Positions 1 to 13,572 are shown, counted from the first letter of the whole stretch. The stretch is 56,255 nucleotides of DNA, filler included, from Sphacelaria rigidula (GCA_964200075.2; 5 parts of 5 records of this genome joined end to end with filler, not necessarily neighbours in it); one strand, 5' to 3'. Notes: generated from the sequence alone by a model not told the origin. Program-made: numbers and translations.

Positions 1-68
1 GGGGTTTGGTGGGGCGGGGGGGGGGGGGGGGGGGAGGTGGGGGGGAGGGGGGGGGGGGGGGGGGGGGG
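1..68. repeat. G-rich homopolymer run at contig start
   Basis: Nearly pure poly-G; likely the cause of the assembly break. Confidence 0.9.
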
Positions 69-927
69 TAGAATACTGTCCCTCCGTAGAGAAACGACGC
101 CGGCAAATATTCCCCCGAAACGCGCGGGACTGTTGGCTGACAAATCGTTAGAACATATGTCATACGCGCAGATGAGGAACTAGTCCTTGATTTTTTTCTT
201 AACGATAAGCATGGCTCAAGAAACAGGATTCTGTCAAAGGCTCCATCCTTGGCCCAGTGTGATGAGTCTTGGTCGCGGGCCGCGTCTGCTGTGGGTCTGG
301 CTGTAACGGCTGCGCTATAGCCAGAGCGCTAGGTTCGAAACTGTCACAAGTAACTCGACAGATGAAGAGGGTGGCCAAGCCTCCAGATGATCCACACACG
401 AACTCCTTCGCGGGGTATATATTGGGTGAGATTACCTCCCTCCTTCAAATGAAACAAGGAAGAAAAAACGGCGGTGAGGATGAAAGATCAGGACGGGACA
501 GTTCAACTGGTCAACAAACGATAGAGACGTTGCAGCACCATGAAACACTCGTCTCTCGCAGGGCACAGAAATACTGGTAACCTACACCGGCAACCACCAA
601 TTTTGAAGGGTGCTCATGGCCGACAAGAAAGATGTATACTCGACAGTCGGCTACCACTACTGTACCAGTCGGGCGTTCGCTCTATTTTAGCCCATTTTTT
701 ATGTCCCTAAAATCTAGATTCCAAGGGTGCTCAGGACAGGAGAATGATACTCCAGGTACCCTGTTTTTTCACAATATCTTCAATACTTACAACTCCCGAG
801 TCCCTCCACTATCTCCTGCCGAAAATACTGTCTATATCCCGGAGGACCTGTTGTACTGACTGCGAAACCAAGGGGTATTTGAGAGTTCCTGGAGTAGCGA
901 CAGGAGACAGTACTAGGTATTATTTTT

Positions 928-1136
928 GAGTACCTGTAGTATGGACTGCCGCAAATACTGAGTATTCCAGAGTACCCGGAGTATCGACTGCCGAAAACAC
1001 TGAGAAGTCTAGAGTACTTGAAGTATCACTTGCCAAAAATGCTGAGTGTTCCGTAGTACCTGAAGTACTGACCACCCCAAATAGTGAGAGTTCAGAGTAC
1101 GTGGAGTATCGAGTGCCGAAAACACTGGGTATCTTT
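928..1136. repeat. Degenerate ~42-bp tandem repeat (5 units)
   Basis: Units start at 928, 970, 1012, 1054 and 1095, consensus approx. GAGTACCTGGAGTATCGACTGCCGAAAAYACTGAGTATTCYA. Confidence 0.8.
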
Positions 1137-1446
1137 TGGCGCGATCGTCGTTGCCCCTGTCTTTCTGCAGTGCAACAGCGGCACGCTGCTGGTGTAACTT
1201 CTGCATCAAACGCCAAGTATGACGATGCACCGTGTGTCGGAACGCTCTTTCTGCATGTAGATATTGCTTTTCCACCCGAAATAGGTACTCCAAATCGCCC
1301 TAAAACCTGTCCGTTGTCATTTCTCCCGGTGGTGCAGGCTTCAGGAGGATCACCTTTTCTCAGTATGTCTTGAAATGTATCTTGATGACCGCGCGCGGGA
1401 TTTCCCACGACTCTCGGGCATTTCGTTTTGTTGCTCCTCTTGAAAG

Positions 1447-4400
1447 GTGGACGATCGGTGGCGTCGAGGACGAGGCCGGTATCGAAGGTTATGCGCATGG
1501 CCAGCTCCGTGCGCCTCGCGGACCCCGTCGGCCAGATGTTGGACAAGGTTCGAAAATGTTGAAATGTTCAGTTGTCGGCAAGAGAAACTGGAATATACTT
1601 CACTAGACATGGGTTACTAGGCTCTTGACGAGATGCAGAAATACTAGATACGGGGACGAAAAAAGTGACCTCCTACGGTATGTACCCAAGTATGGTGCTG
1701 TATTGTATCCCATTCGGGATATTTGCGCTGCCCGAGTGGGCGAGCGCGATGTATTCAATTAGGGCAAAAACACCCGTCGAGCCGTGGGTACAGTACGAAT
1801 GAATCGTCGCCAAATCGGTCTCATCGCCAAGACGCTGGATCCTGTGCCAACGGCCAGGACAAAAAAAAACGTGGCGAGACTTTTACACAGGGACAGAGTG
1901 AAATACCCCCGACCGCCCGGTACTGATAGACCAACTGTCGGGTTCGATCTTTCCTACTGGCGCCCGCACGAAAAATAACGCGTCCTGTCGGTGTTCAATG
2001 CACTAGACGATATCGTTTTTCGAGATGGTATTATTTACGGCATGTTTGGCTTTAAGATCACCAGCAGGCAGTCGCGATGTGGCGACTGACTATTGCCCTT
2101 GTTCGGTTTCTTGCTTCTTCCCTGGAATTTCCCGGCCAACGCGAGCTGTTGCGAGAGCACAACAGCCGACATGTGTCCGTTGTCGAAATGCTTTATACGT
2201 TCGCCGCCCTGCTGGGGTGTTCGAGGCCCTTGAACCGCCTACTACTGTAAAGCAGTGGCTAGCAGAGATACCCCGGTCGATCATGTTTAATGTGCGTGGT
2301 GTCCCCCCTAGGTAGTTCTGGACTTTACTGGTGACCGTTGTTTTTGTCCTTGTCGAACACCGACAGTGGATTCCGTTGATTGGGTATCGCGACTTGTTAC
2401 ATCCGATGATGCTTGCTGTTAATCTTTTGGCAGACGGACGTTTTCATCTTTGATTGCGACGGCGTGATCTGGAAAGGAGACAGCTTGATCGACGGTATTC
2501 CCGATGTGCTTGACAAGCTCCGAGCGGCCGGGAAGCGGTGAGACTTTCGTCGTACCGTCACGCCCCGGCATAATTATTGAACAGCCTGGAGCAGACGCCA
2601 GCTTACTCCGGGGCGTATGATGGCGTAAGAAGAGGCGGTTAGCTGCCTTGTCATCATTTCAACCTTTGACCGAGAGATTCTTAGGATAGTTACTGCGAGG
2701 AAGCACTGGGGTATTAAAATCAACTTCAAAACGTTGGCCACGATACACACGGACTCACTTGAAAATGACCGCTACTGCTGCTGCTACTACTATTGCTACG
2801 CAGTATAAGGGTGTGCAGCTTCACCTTCCCCTTTCTTACGCTAGTCCGTGTGGTCGTTTTTCTTCCCTGAGCCCGAGAAGCGACTATGCCGTCTAATGTC
2901 GACCTACGAGTAGTGCATGGCCCGTTCCGCCGTGGTGTTGGCAGCCTGCCTGCCCGCCGTCGTACTTGGTGCACTCGCTACGTTTTTGCCCGACGCTGTG
3001 TGTACCCACGGCATTTTGTAAACGTGGAGACCTGAAGTACACTTTGATGCACGTTCGGGCGTCGTATCAATATGAAGATATTTAGATATATTCATACTGG
3101 CGTATATTAGAAGGTGAAAGTGAAGTACGACATCACGCGAAATACATTTTATTCCCTGCCATTATCTCGCGATCGGGTACACGAGGTGTACAATACCCCT
3201 CATATCTCCTTGGCGCGTGCGTGGCTTGCACACCCAAACGAACTGGCAGGATATTCTTCGTGACAAACAACTCTACCAAGAGCCGCAAGGGATACAAGAA
3301 GAAGTTCGACTCCCTCGGCCTGGTACGTTACGCCACTGCCATATCTTCGGCGCTTGATTGAGTTTTGAACGCCCTGCCCTGCTGGCTCATTTCGTGTCGG
3401 ACACGGCGTTGCAGTGCTTCGATGAGATAGCATAGCCCCCAGAGAGGGAGGCCGTCACTGTGCTAGGCGCTGTGCGCGTGCGTCTGTTGTTGATATTTGT
3501 GAAGAAGTTCATGATTCTACGTGTCCTCTGTTTGTCACACAACAGTCTCACCGGTTACCTTCCCTAATTGTCCGGGGCAGTGCGTTTTTTTTTGTCATGT
3601 TTTGGGGACATTCCTCGCGAGCAAGTCTCAAACCTGCACTGTACGATGGTGTCACGAGTGGTTCTGCGAGATGCAAGCTTCGTACCGCCTGTGCCACCGT
3701 CGCCGTTCGTGGTCGACCGCCTTACCTTTCACTTGCCCGTCGCAAAGTGTGTGCCTATTTTTTTGTCAATACTCCGATTTACATCCAGGTATGCATGCAC
3801 ATTGCCCATTGTTGCCTGATGAAAATGTTTGACCCTCCTTATCGCTCTCTCTCTCTTTGGTTCCTGTTTCAGTCCTGTCGAGTGTAACGCTTTGCGCCCT
3901 GGACAATGTCACACGTCACACGTCACACATCGCACCTGCCGCTGGTCATCGTTTTCTCCATGTGTGACCCCTCCCACGCACAGGACGTTGCACCTGAGGA
4001 GATATTTTCATCCAGCTTCGCTGCCGCCGCATACCTCGAGCAGACGAAATTTAAGGACACCGGCAAGAAGGTACGAAGATCGCACGGATATTTATTGCCC
4101 TCGCCGTCGCTGGTTTGAGGGCTTAACCCTGGTACTGCTCACATTTCAGTCCACCGGCATGCCGAGACGTTAGCCCCTTCGCGTGCCAGGCTTCTTGTCG
4201 AAACAAGATCACCGAGTGGCCTTCAGCACCGGCGAACATCAACGCTATACCTAAGCAGCTCTTTTTCTCTGTTATCGAGCTTGCGTCATCCCGAATAACA
4301 ACGTTCTGCTGCTTCTGTGGTCTCCTATCCGTACCTGATAAATTTTGTTTTAGCTTCGAGTTGGTCTTCCATAGTATCCAATAGCCCACTCGCGGGGTCA

Positions 4401-7400
4401 ATCTGATGGAGTTTGACGCTCAAATGGTGACTGGTGGGGAAATATGACGATGAAACGTCCGATATTTTTTCATGAAGAATCAGATATGGTAGGTGTTTCT
4501 TGATCGCTGACCGCGCTAACGCGAAACAGGAAGAGGCTTTGGTTGTGTACATATGTACGTATATATATCACACTCTAAACCAGTAGAGTTAACCGGCGTT
4601 GGGCTACAAATGTTCATGGTTGGCACATCACTTGATTTGAGTGTGTACAACGAGAATCGGATCTTTAGTAGGGCTGACAGTCCCGTGTGCTCCTCGCGTG
4701 CGCAGAACGCGTTTTCGTTGAAATCGGCGCCTGTGGCGCCGATTTGGGGTCTACCAAGTCCGCACTTTGCGTAGTGAATGCTTCGTACCGCCCTTGCCCG
4801 ATGGTTCTCGGTATGCGTTGGGTTGGGGTTAGAGTCAGGGGTAGCGATACTTGTAAAATGTGTCAACGATGGACATTTGCAGCCCAACGCCGGTTAACTA
4901 GCCTCCTCTAAACTCTCCCCTTCCTCGGGATGAGTCCATGGTCTCGAGGAATCGACCCATCTCTCCCCGGTACACGCGTTGCATTTGGGTCTCGCTATGT
5001 GTCTGACAATAACTGCGATTTAGGCACGGGATCGTGTGGTATGTCCTGACACGGATTATTGACAGTATGTCATTGGAGTACAGCATACAGAGGACGATTT
5101 TATTTTTTGCGTCTGTCCAGCACCTTGCGTGGGAGGGTGGAAGTATTTACGAAGAATGCGGCACATCATGTTTTTTTGGTGGACGCAGCGAACATCACTC
5201 CGGTGTTATAAATATAGATATGGCAATCGTGATCAATGCGATGTTGTGATGCTGGAGCTGTCGACTCTTCCCTGTGAAGGCAATTCGTACCTGCGTATTG
5301 CTCATCTTGTGCACGTGGGTGTGGGCGAATGCGTCGTATTCTCCGTCCCTTTTACGTAAACAAAGTAGAAAGTTAGTGACATTTCAAACCTCGACTTTCG
5401 TTGGGCGTCTGTGGAGTCATCCACCAGGTACGTTGACCGAAAATCGCTCCCCAGTTTACGTTCGGTGTGCGGGATGGAGATCGCATTTGGTCAGTTTCTC
5501 TTACCACGACCCGTAGTTCTCCTGTCCTTGGGGTGAATGTTTTAATGTTTTCGGGCGTTAAAAATGAAATGCGAACCAAAGTTTTTTTTTTCTTCACTGT
5601 GGGGCAAGGAGAATACGACTATGACGTTTATGGTGCTAGTCAGAACTGGTCCTATTCGTTTGTTTTCGGTGTGTAACGAGGGAGGCAATAAGCATGCCGC
5701 CCTGCCGTAAAAGGCAGTGTTGTTGATATTTTCTTACCGTATTGATGTAAGAAACGTAAATGTCGCTGATTATTTTTCATTTCGGTACAGGTTGCCCATT
5801 TTACGGTCGGGGATCACACGAGATTCATGGGAAGAGTCCGCCTGAAAGGAATATGCTGCTACTAAGGCTAATGTAGGGGAAAAGAACGGATTAGCCTGAA
5901 TGATTCATATCTCGTTTGGTCTCACCAGCGGATGCCTGTTCTTGCGGCACTGTCCCCGTATAGTGACTTCGAACCGTATTTATCAGAGAATGAGTACCTC
6001 TATGTTGTGTGATGTACCCAAGTGCATGTGTACTGACTGCCTTCGTCGCAAGGATCATCCCCACTTGTGTTGAGCGTTGTTGCAAGGGTTGATGGGTAGG
6101 GTAGTTCCTACGTGGGTATTTCGAACATTGTAAGTACCCGAAACGTGGGTAGAGAATTGCACGATTAGAACGAATCATCCTGACTAAGAATCATCAAATC
6201 CACGATTTATTCGGCCTGATTGCCCACAAGAGGGAAAAAAGTTGACCGCTGGTCCAAGGGGTATCCACGCAACTTTTGCGCCATTCCACGTGNNNNNNNN
6301 NNCCTAGGGATTGATTCGTACGAGTCGAATCAGTAATACAAAAAACAAGTAATTTCCAGACGAATCATTATTCGTCCGACCCTTGGAGTGTTGAGATCGT
6401 ACTCAGCAACGCCCAGATATTGGGTAGAGTAATGCGATCTTACCCAATTTCACGTAATATTTAGATGGAGGTTGGAGATCAGACCATCTCTACACAAAAT
6501 TCGGGAGGGTAAATACCAGGGTATGTACTCTACCCGAGACACCCTGGAAGGGTTGTTGGTCCTGTGCAGCAGTGTTTTTGTTCAGCTGAAAAGATCCATT
6601 GGTTTACATAATTTGTAGCATAAGTGAGAACATGGAAGCAATGACACCCAATATTTTGGTTTAGCTGTCTACAAACTGTTCAACTTCCGTTTTTCCTGGG
6701 GTGAAGCGGATATGTATGGAAATGCATACGAAACCACCTGATTGCTCTATTATCTAGCCTTCCCTTGTTATTCCGCCATCTATTTTCTGTTGGAAGGAGG
6801 GATATATGGATAGGCATGAAGAACCCACAGGCATGTTTCTCTCCTCTTCCAGTCTTTTTGTACTTTTTTTGTTTTATTTTTTTTCAGTTTGCTACATTAG
6901 CTCTTTCGGCTTTTGTTTTTGCATGGTTCTGCTTTCCCGGGTTTCCTTTCGCTTCGGGTGTTTCCACATACTCATCTCGGATACATCCATCTCATGACCG
7001 CCGCTGGATTCCTTGCAGACCAGCTAATGTTAACGTGCGACGAATCACCCAATCAAACCCCTCTCGTGGCGCTTGCGTTTGGTTGAACGGACCCCAAAAC
7101 TCGTGACAAATGACCGTGACTCAGGTGTACGTGGTGGGAGATGTTGGTATCGAAGAGGAGCTGGACCTCATCGGAGTGCCGCACTTCGGAGGACCGAAGG
7201 TATTTATGTTGAGATGCCCTTGTCAGCGCTGGCTTGCTCTTTCGTTGCTCCTGTCGCAGACAGAATGATTCGCGGGGTGCAGTGATGGTGTTGGCTGCCT
7301 CTTGTACGGCAAGAAGCGCGGGGTTGTGTATCCTACTTTTTTCGTTTTTTGCTCAAAATCTCCGCGTTCTGTTGCCCCCAGAGGAATAGAACTTGTCGCT

Positions 7401-9484
7401 GTCGGAATAGGTTTCAGGCCGTCGGTGGATAATGGTGTTTTCCAGGAATACAATAATAATATGCTGAAATTTGCATGCACCTAGGTTTGACAGCCGCCTC
7501 CTGTCGAACGCCCTCGAACAGTGAATTATGGAAATATTAACAAGTCACTTTCCAAGTACTGTTGCTTTGCTGTCGGTTGGATGCTTGCGTGGCTTTATCG
7601 TCGTACTTTATGACGACCCAGGATAACACAAAGCAGCAGGACTCCCGCTCTCTTCCTCCTCTCTCCCCTTTCTCCATTTTTCCCTACGGGACTGTCGCCT
7701 CGAAAAAAGCTGCCTCATGGGTGTGCATCTCTTACTGCAGCATGTTCCCGTCTGACCTGTTTTCGCATACGTTCGGGGCCCGAGTCTTCAGCAACTGTCC
7801 AGTCCGCGGACCCAAGCACCGAACTCTTGTCCCCTCTCCCCGCGCTGCATTTTAGGCCCTTTATTGTAGTCACTCGAGATATTTTCAGCGGTGAAGCAGT
7901 ACTACTGTATCAAAAGATTGTTCGGTTGGTATTTTTACAAGGATTTTTTCGGACCTTTGCTGTGCGCGCGGATGTGTGCGCGTGTGTGTCAACTACTCAG
8001 GACGGGGAAAAAGTTGTGGAGCTTAAGCCGGGGTACGCCTTGCCCCACGACCACGACGTTGGAGGTACGTGACTTGTTGCTCCTAGTTGAGTACAGCAGG
8101 GCAACAAGATCGTCCCAAGAGACGCGTGTATTTCCGGCATCGCTGCTCTTGTCGAGGTGCACGAAGGCGCGCGTGCAGCTGTTACATCGTTGCGCGTACT
8201 TGCATCGCTCACATGTGTCGAGATTGGACTCTGAGTGTTGAATATCTATATACGTGACAAAGTCTGGGCCTCGGGAACGATGAGTAACAGCCACCACGAA
8301 CGACGCGAGCTACGTTCCGTGGTATCAGGCGGTAGCCAAAGGGTGTTTCGCCTTGTCTTGTAATGTAGCATACACGACATGTCCACGGACTGCTGGGCAT
8401 CGAGGAAATCACACAGTAGCCGCCCGAAACACGAGGAGATTTTTTTTTAATAACCTCTAGATTCGCCTCGAAATAAAAACCGTCTTACAGAGGGCGGACG
8501 ATGTACCATTTTCAAGTGTATCTTGAACGAGTTACGACCAAAAAATATCATTCGGCTACGATCTTCACGGGCTTTTAGAGAATTTTCAGTCGCAGTATAT
8601 TTTATTCATCACACGGATGGCTTATGATATTTTGACGAGTGTTTCGGCACCAGCTCCTGAGGGTGCTAGTAGGATGTACGAATTGATTTGGGTGTCGAAT
8701 CCGTCCCGAGGATGAAATTTTTCGTCGGATACGTGCGGCAGTCCAATACACGAAAATATGCTAATGTCAAGCTATCCGCCGATTTGCTCCTCCCCCGCCC
8801 ATTTTTTTAGTTTTGGCCTGAGCTTTTACGCGCATGGTGCCCTCCATGATACGAGCAACCCCGAGGTTGCACACAATTTCGTTTTTTTCTCTTGTGGCGC
8901 AAAGCTAAGCAAATCGTCCAGTAAAATGGAAAATGACAAACCTCGCCTACATCGCCCTCAGATGACAAAGTGATGAATGTGTCGGAACGCCGTTGCTCGC
9001 TTGCAATGTGTGCGTTTGTGATTGTTCACCATAGGATACTTACTTCACATTTGCTGATATCTGAATATTCGTATGTTCGGAGAAAACGTTCGTCCTCTCG
9101 TCTGTTCCCCCGTGCCTATTTTTGTTATAGTCACTGTCCAGAGGTCGAATTTTGTTTCCTGGGCATACCGCAATGCTCACTTAAAGCCGCTGTTCGCAGT
9201 CTTTCGTTCGTTTCCTCCACCTGCCGCCCGCCCTTTGATCTGATCTGATCTGATCTGATCTGACCCGCCTAGCTGTGCCCCTGCCTGTTCTACTCACGAT
9301 TCCATCCTACTTGCTTCTACCCGCCCCATTGTCGGCTATGTGTCATCCAGCCGTGGTTGTCGGATTCGACAGGACCATTAACTACTACAAGATCCAGTAC
9401 GCGCAACTGTGCATCAACGAGAACCCAGATTGCGAGTTCATTGCCACAAACCTCGACGCCGTGACCCACCTCACCGACGCCCAG
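1447..9484 (+). CDS. PGP: Phosphoglycolate phosphatase / 4-nitrophenylphosphatase (HAD class IIA), partial, multi-exon; 3' exons lie beyond the contig
   Basis: Phase-compatible GT-AG exons: 1447-1547 (..MRMASSVRLADPVGQMLDK, less certain), 2434-2537 (TDVFIFDCDGVIWKGDSLIDG, HAD motif I DxD), 3250-3322 (IFFVTNNSTKSRKGY, motif II), 3984-4070 (EEIFSSSFAAAAYL), 7125-7199 (VYVVGDVGIEEELDL), 8001-8064, 9351-9484 (AVVVGFDRTINYYKIQYAQLCINENPDCEFIATNLDAVTHLTDAQ). Motifs III/IV (GKP, GDR) not seen in this contig. Confidence 0.93.
6328..6385 (-). repeat. Dispersed repeat (probable MITE end), inverted copy of 11116-11173
   Basis: CAGTAATAC..CAAGTAATTTCCAGACGAATCA..GTCCGACCCTTG is the reverse complement of the last ~58 nt of contig 1. 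Confidence 0.75.
9236..9263. repeat. (TGATC)n microsatellite
   Basis: About 5.5 tandem pentamers. Confidence 0.9.
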
Positions 9485-9860
9485 GTAAACATTCACAGCA
9501 TGGTGTGCATTCGGGCTGGCCTCACTATGACACAGAATAAGCCTCGTGACAGAGTTGCAAAATAATTATGAATAGTATCATTCGTAGTTACACATGTTTT
9601 TTTAAATTTTTGTTCACATAGTTGACGTCATAGTACCTCATTTTGGACGAAAACCCTCCGCCTCGGAACTCTGAACTGAAGATGTATGACATGGTCGAGA
9701 AGCGTGCATCTACGATAATCGAAGGGGGAAAAAAAAGGTCACATTTACACCGATTCCTGATGATCGGGCGACGGATGTCGGGGGAAGAAACCACATTCTA
9801 ATAAGCGAGTACGTTCTCTGGAAATTCTGCCTCAACTATCCGACATGCGGGATTTCACAA

Positions 9861-10180
9861 GAGAGAGAGAGAGTGTGTGTGTGTGTTCCTCACACTTTGA
9901 ACCCCTCCCCTTCCTCGGGATGAGTCCGTGGTCTCAAGGGATCAACCCATCTCTCCCCCGGTACGTGCCTTTCATTTTGGTGTGGCGGATTGGGTCAGCA
10001 CTCCCGCACCTCGTCGACTCACGTCACGCAAACTTCGTCGACTACTTCGTTTGCTCACGTTCTCACGCTTTCCACGGTGGAAATCACAGATGACGAAGAA
10101 AAAACCCAACGCATCGGGGATCGAACCCCCGTTCTGTCCACCCTAATAGGGATAGTCGGACTATTACACCACCGGGGCGG
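9861..10180 (-). mobile_element. tRNA-derived SINE, apparently full length
   Basis: Minus strand: A-box-like TGGTGTAATAG (10171-10161), B-box GGTTCGATCCC (10127-10117), body, then (AC)n(TC)n tail (9886-9861). Related 3' fragments at ~4906-4975, ~54075-54160 and ~54170-54290. Confidence 0.7.
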
Positions 10181-11173
10181 GGCGGCAGAATAGACCCATG
10201 TATTATCGGGTCCCTTGAGCATTGTGGGCTACCTAGATTTACGTAACGTGGATTCAACGCAGTCGGGGTTGGTATACTGGCCGGTCTCACTACTTGACCT
10301 CCCAAAAAGTGTCTCCGGAGAAAATAGGACGAACAGCAGCAAATGATCTCACAAGTACTGTAGGCTCGTTCCAACCGTATAGACAATATGGAGTGAACGA
10401 TACTCGTTCATCACACCTCTCATCACTGCACCCTGTTCTAAGACACACCAAAGACGGCGTGGCGACGGTAGCCGTTGTCGGTCTGGTACAATAATCAAGA
10501 CACTCAAATTATTGTTCGATTGCGCTGGGAAAATGGTGGACATGTAACTAACATCAAGTTGAGAACAACGATACCTATTTTCGCTCCTAACTCGTCGCCG
10601 TTTGGAAGTTACCGCCAACACAATATTGGGAAAGGATGTATCTACACTCATGTATGGGATCTCCGCCCCCTCGAATATTCAACTATCGTGATTGTTCACC
10701 GAAGGTTTGAGAGTTGGAACCTAACTTTTCGAGGAGAGGAGCACATTGACCATTCAGAAGCCATGCGTAGAGGTGTCTTCTATTCATTTTTTGTAATTGG
10801 GTCGGCTTGAGGACAATTCCCGAGGAAATATCAGCTTCATCTCTGGGGAAAAATCTACGAATGACACCACTTACCATGGTCTCCGAATGTGCGATGCGCT
10901 CACTTTCAAACCTCGGGTGAAAAATCGCCGGCGTCTCTCCTTTGGCTGTTGTCGTGGGGCTAGTCTTTAGCATCCTCGCGTGTCCAGGGTTGCGGAGTCG
11001 TTGCTTCGAGCCTAAGTTCGTGCTTGCGCTGACATGCCTTTCCGTTCACACGAAGCATTCTTTAGCGACCTTATTTTCTTGCTTTCATGGCGCTACGCAG
11101 ACACTCCATGTTTTTCAAGGGTCGGACAGATACTGATTCGTCTGGAAATTACTTGGTTTTAGTATTACTGACT

Positions 11174-11273
11174 NNNNNNNNNNNNNNNNNNNNNNNNNNN
11201 NNNNNNNNNNNNNNNNNTTAATTAATTAANNNNNNNNNNNNNNNNNNNNNNNNNNNNNNNNNNNNNNNNNNNN
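11174..11273. other. Artificial contig-join spacer
   Basis: N44 + TTAATTAATTAA (stops in all six frames) + N44. Confidence 0.98.
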
Positions 11274-12008
11274 TCCTACCATAACAACAAAGTCTTATCA
11301 ACCAATCCAGTCAAGAAGCCGATGCCTCGCGAATCCTACACCTCTCGGAATGATAACAACTTTTTCACTTAGATGTCGAGTTTCGGAACCCACCTCAAAT
11401 TTTGTGGTCTCAACCATCATTCATCCGCATACCCCTCTGCGGAAAACCGACATCACCCTCTAGTCTAGTCAGACAGCAGTGCCCCACGTGCCTGTACTCA
11501 TCAAGGCGCCGAACAAGGTTCCACCTCAACCGATCGAGTAAGGGTGTGGTGCCCCACAGTCCTGCGCTCATCGGGGTGGCAACAATGTTACACATAAGCG
11601 TTGAGTTTCGGCATCCATGTCGAAACATGTTCTCAACACTCTTCACGCACTTCACTCTATGCAATTTTACCGACACCGTTCCACAGTCAAGTCAAGTCGC
11701 GGTGCCCCGCTCTCCTCACACTTACAAAAACAGTAGACGATTTTCTATTCATCAATCGAGTCAAACAAATGCGCAAAGTAAGTCTGCACTCATCGAGACA
11801 GAACTTCGTCAAACATCAACACTGAGTTTCGGTGTCCATATCAAAAATATGATCTCAGCATTGCCCAGAGATATCCAACATCTCGATCCACCTGGGCAAC
11901 AACCTTTCCTTGGGTATATGAGTCGTTATCTGCATGACGGTCACGAACACTCAAAACATGAAAACAAAGGGGTATTTAAGTCATGCATAGGTCTCATGCC
12001 ATCATTTT

Positions 12009-13330
12009 TCAAAAGGCTTCTGCGTCCGCTTCCGAACATACTGAAGAATCGGTACTACCCGACGACCCTACTGCCATTGCTGTATCTTCGTTTTCTCCTG
12101 TATTACAATCCTGATAGGAGTGTCCCTTTTTCCGCATCTCATACAATGTCGTTCCGGACAGTCACGCGCGAAGTGTGTTGTTTGCTTCCTGCAAATCCAA
12201 CATCGCCTCTCCTTCGCAGAACCATTTTTACGCCCGTCTAGTTTTGAACCCCCCGTACTTCCCGAGGTCCATTGTAGTTTTCTCTTCCGACTACCCTTGC
12301 CACTGTTCGTCCCAACTGACATCAAAGCTTGGCTATCCTTTCCCTTGTTATCTCTGATCATCCCGAACCTAGTTCTCAACGTCGCCAATGAATCTTCCAC
12401 ATCCAAGCCTTTCTGTGAGAGGAGGTGCTGTTTCTGGTGATCACAATCAGCTGTGAGTCCGTCCAGAAAATGCGCGAATACTATTTTTTTTTGTATCAGT
12501 TGTTCGAGAGCCGTTTCCAGTGACACAAAAACGTTTTGATATTGTTGCCAGTATTTGCAGGGGTCCTGGCCAGTTTCCTGTGTCATATGGAAAAACTTCC
12601 CAACCAACGAGATCTGTCCACCACCAGTCAACGGCGCATAATACTCTTCCAATGCTCGCCACGCCACAGACGGTCCCTTACAGGAGTAGACGGTTTGCTT
12701 CACATGCTTATCCTTTATGGAACTCACCAATCCCACCCACAAGAGTCTGTACATCTGGATTTCCTGTGGTGCTAATCCCTGACTAACCAAATCCTCGTTA
12801 CTTGCACCGTGAACCTGAATGTTTCGTGTGTCTCGTAGGGCGCTCATAAAACCTACTGCACTGACTTGTGTCAGGAAATCATCACGGAACAACGGCCAAT
12901 TTCCCTCCTGACCATGAAACTTTTCATCAACACGAAAATAATTCTTCACGCCTATATGGGGGTAGTGAGCCGGGGACTCCTCGTTCGTACTTATATGGGC
13001 GGATCCATCGCCCGTGGATCCTCGAAGAGGGCCTGATACAGTCCCTACACCGAGTGGTGACCGGACCCTCCCTGTTCCGGCACCGGCGACGGTGTGCCTT
13101 CCGTCGCCTGCCTCCCCCTCCTCGTCCGCTGCTGCTCCGGGGCCAGTGGACGATGTCCCGCGCACTAACTGGGACACCATTATCGTCTTCAGCTCCGCCA
13201 GCTGCTCGGTGATATACGCCATCGAGTCTTGCAAGCTGGCGACATTCTCTTTCACCTCCAGCACCTCTGTTGGAGACGATGTGTCTCCCACGACGGCCGA
13301 GTGTCTTTCCGCAGTGCTCCAGTCCGCCAT
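12009..13330 (-). pseudogene. gag: Copia-type (UBN2/Retrotran_gag_2-like) Gag with CCHC knuckles; 1-nt frameshift in second knuckle
   Basis: MADWSTAERH... FHGQEGNWPLFRDDF... SVAWRALEEYYAP... FLDGL... CWICRKQTTHFARDC. The T-run near 12127 is one base shorter than in the other copy, shifting the C-terminus. Confidence 0.85.
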
Positions 13331-13572
13331 CGGTCCCTTGGCCACGAAGCTCCCAAGTTGGGTAGGGTCTCTAGAGTGTTTGTAGCTTCGTGACCCCGTG
13401 AGAGGATGGGGTGCAGACTCGACTCTGATAGTCGATCAATGGACACGACTGCGATAGTCGATCAATAGACACGGCTGACTGCCGATCAAGATGAGGTAGA
13501 AATGTATATAAAGCTTTGTTGATGAAGAGGGAAGGAAGGGGAGTGGGCCCAGTAGGCGCCAAAGTCTCAAGA

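Noticed and set aside
928-1136. CRISPR-like array
   Set aside because: Whole units are similar with no unique spacers, the context is eukaryotic and there are no cas genes.
10110-10180. tRNA gene
   Set aside because: A/B boxes are present but there is no convincing cloverleaf, and it is attached to a dispersed repeat body; treated as a SINE head.
11218-11229. TTAATTAATTAA recurring every ~11.27 kb as a biological periodic motif
   Set aside because: Always embedded in N44 flanks; a synthetic six-frame stop linker.
12311-12604. 288-bp gag deletion as a spliced-out intron
   Set aside because: No placement of the breakpoints gives GT..AG exactly; microhomology explains it.
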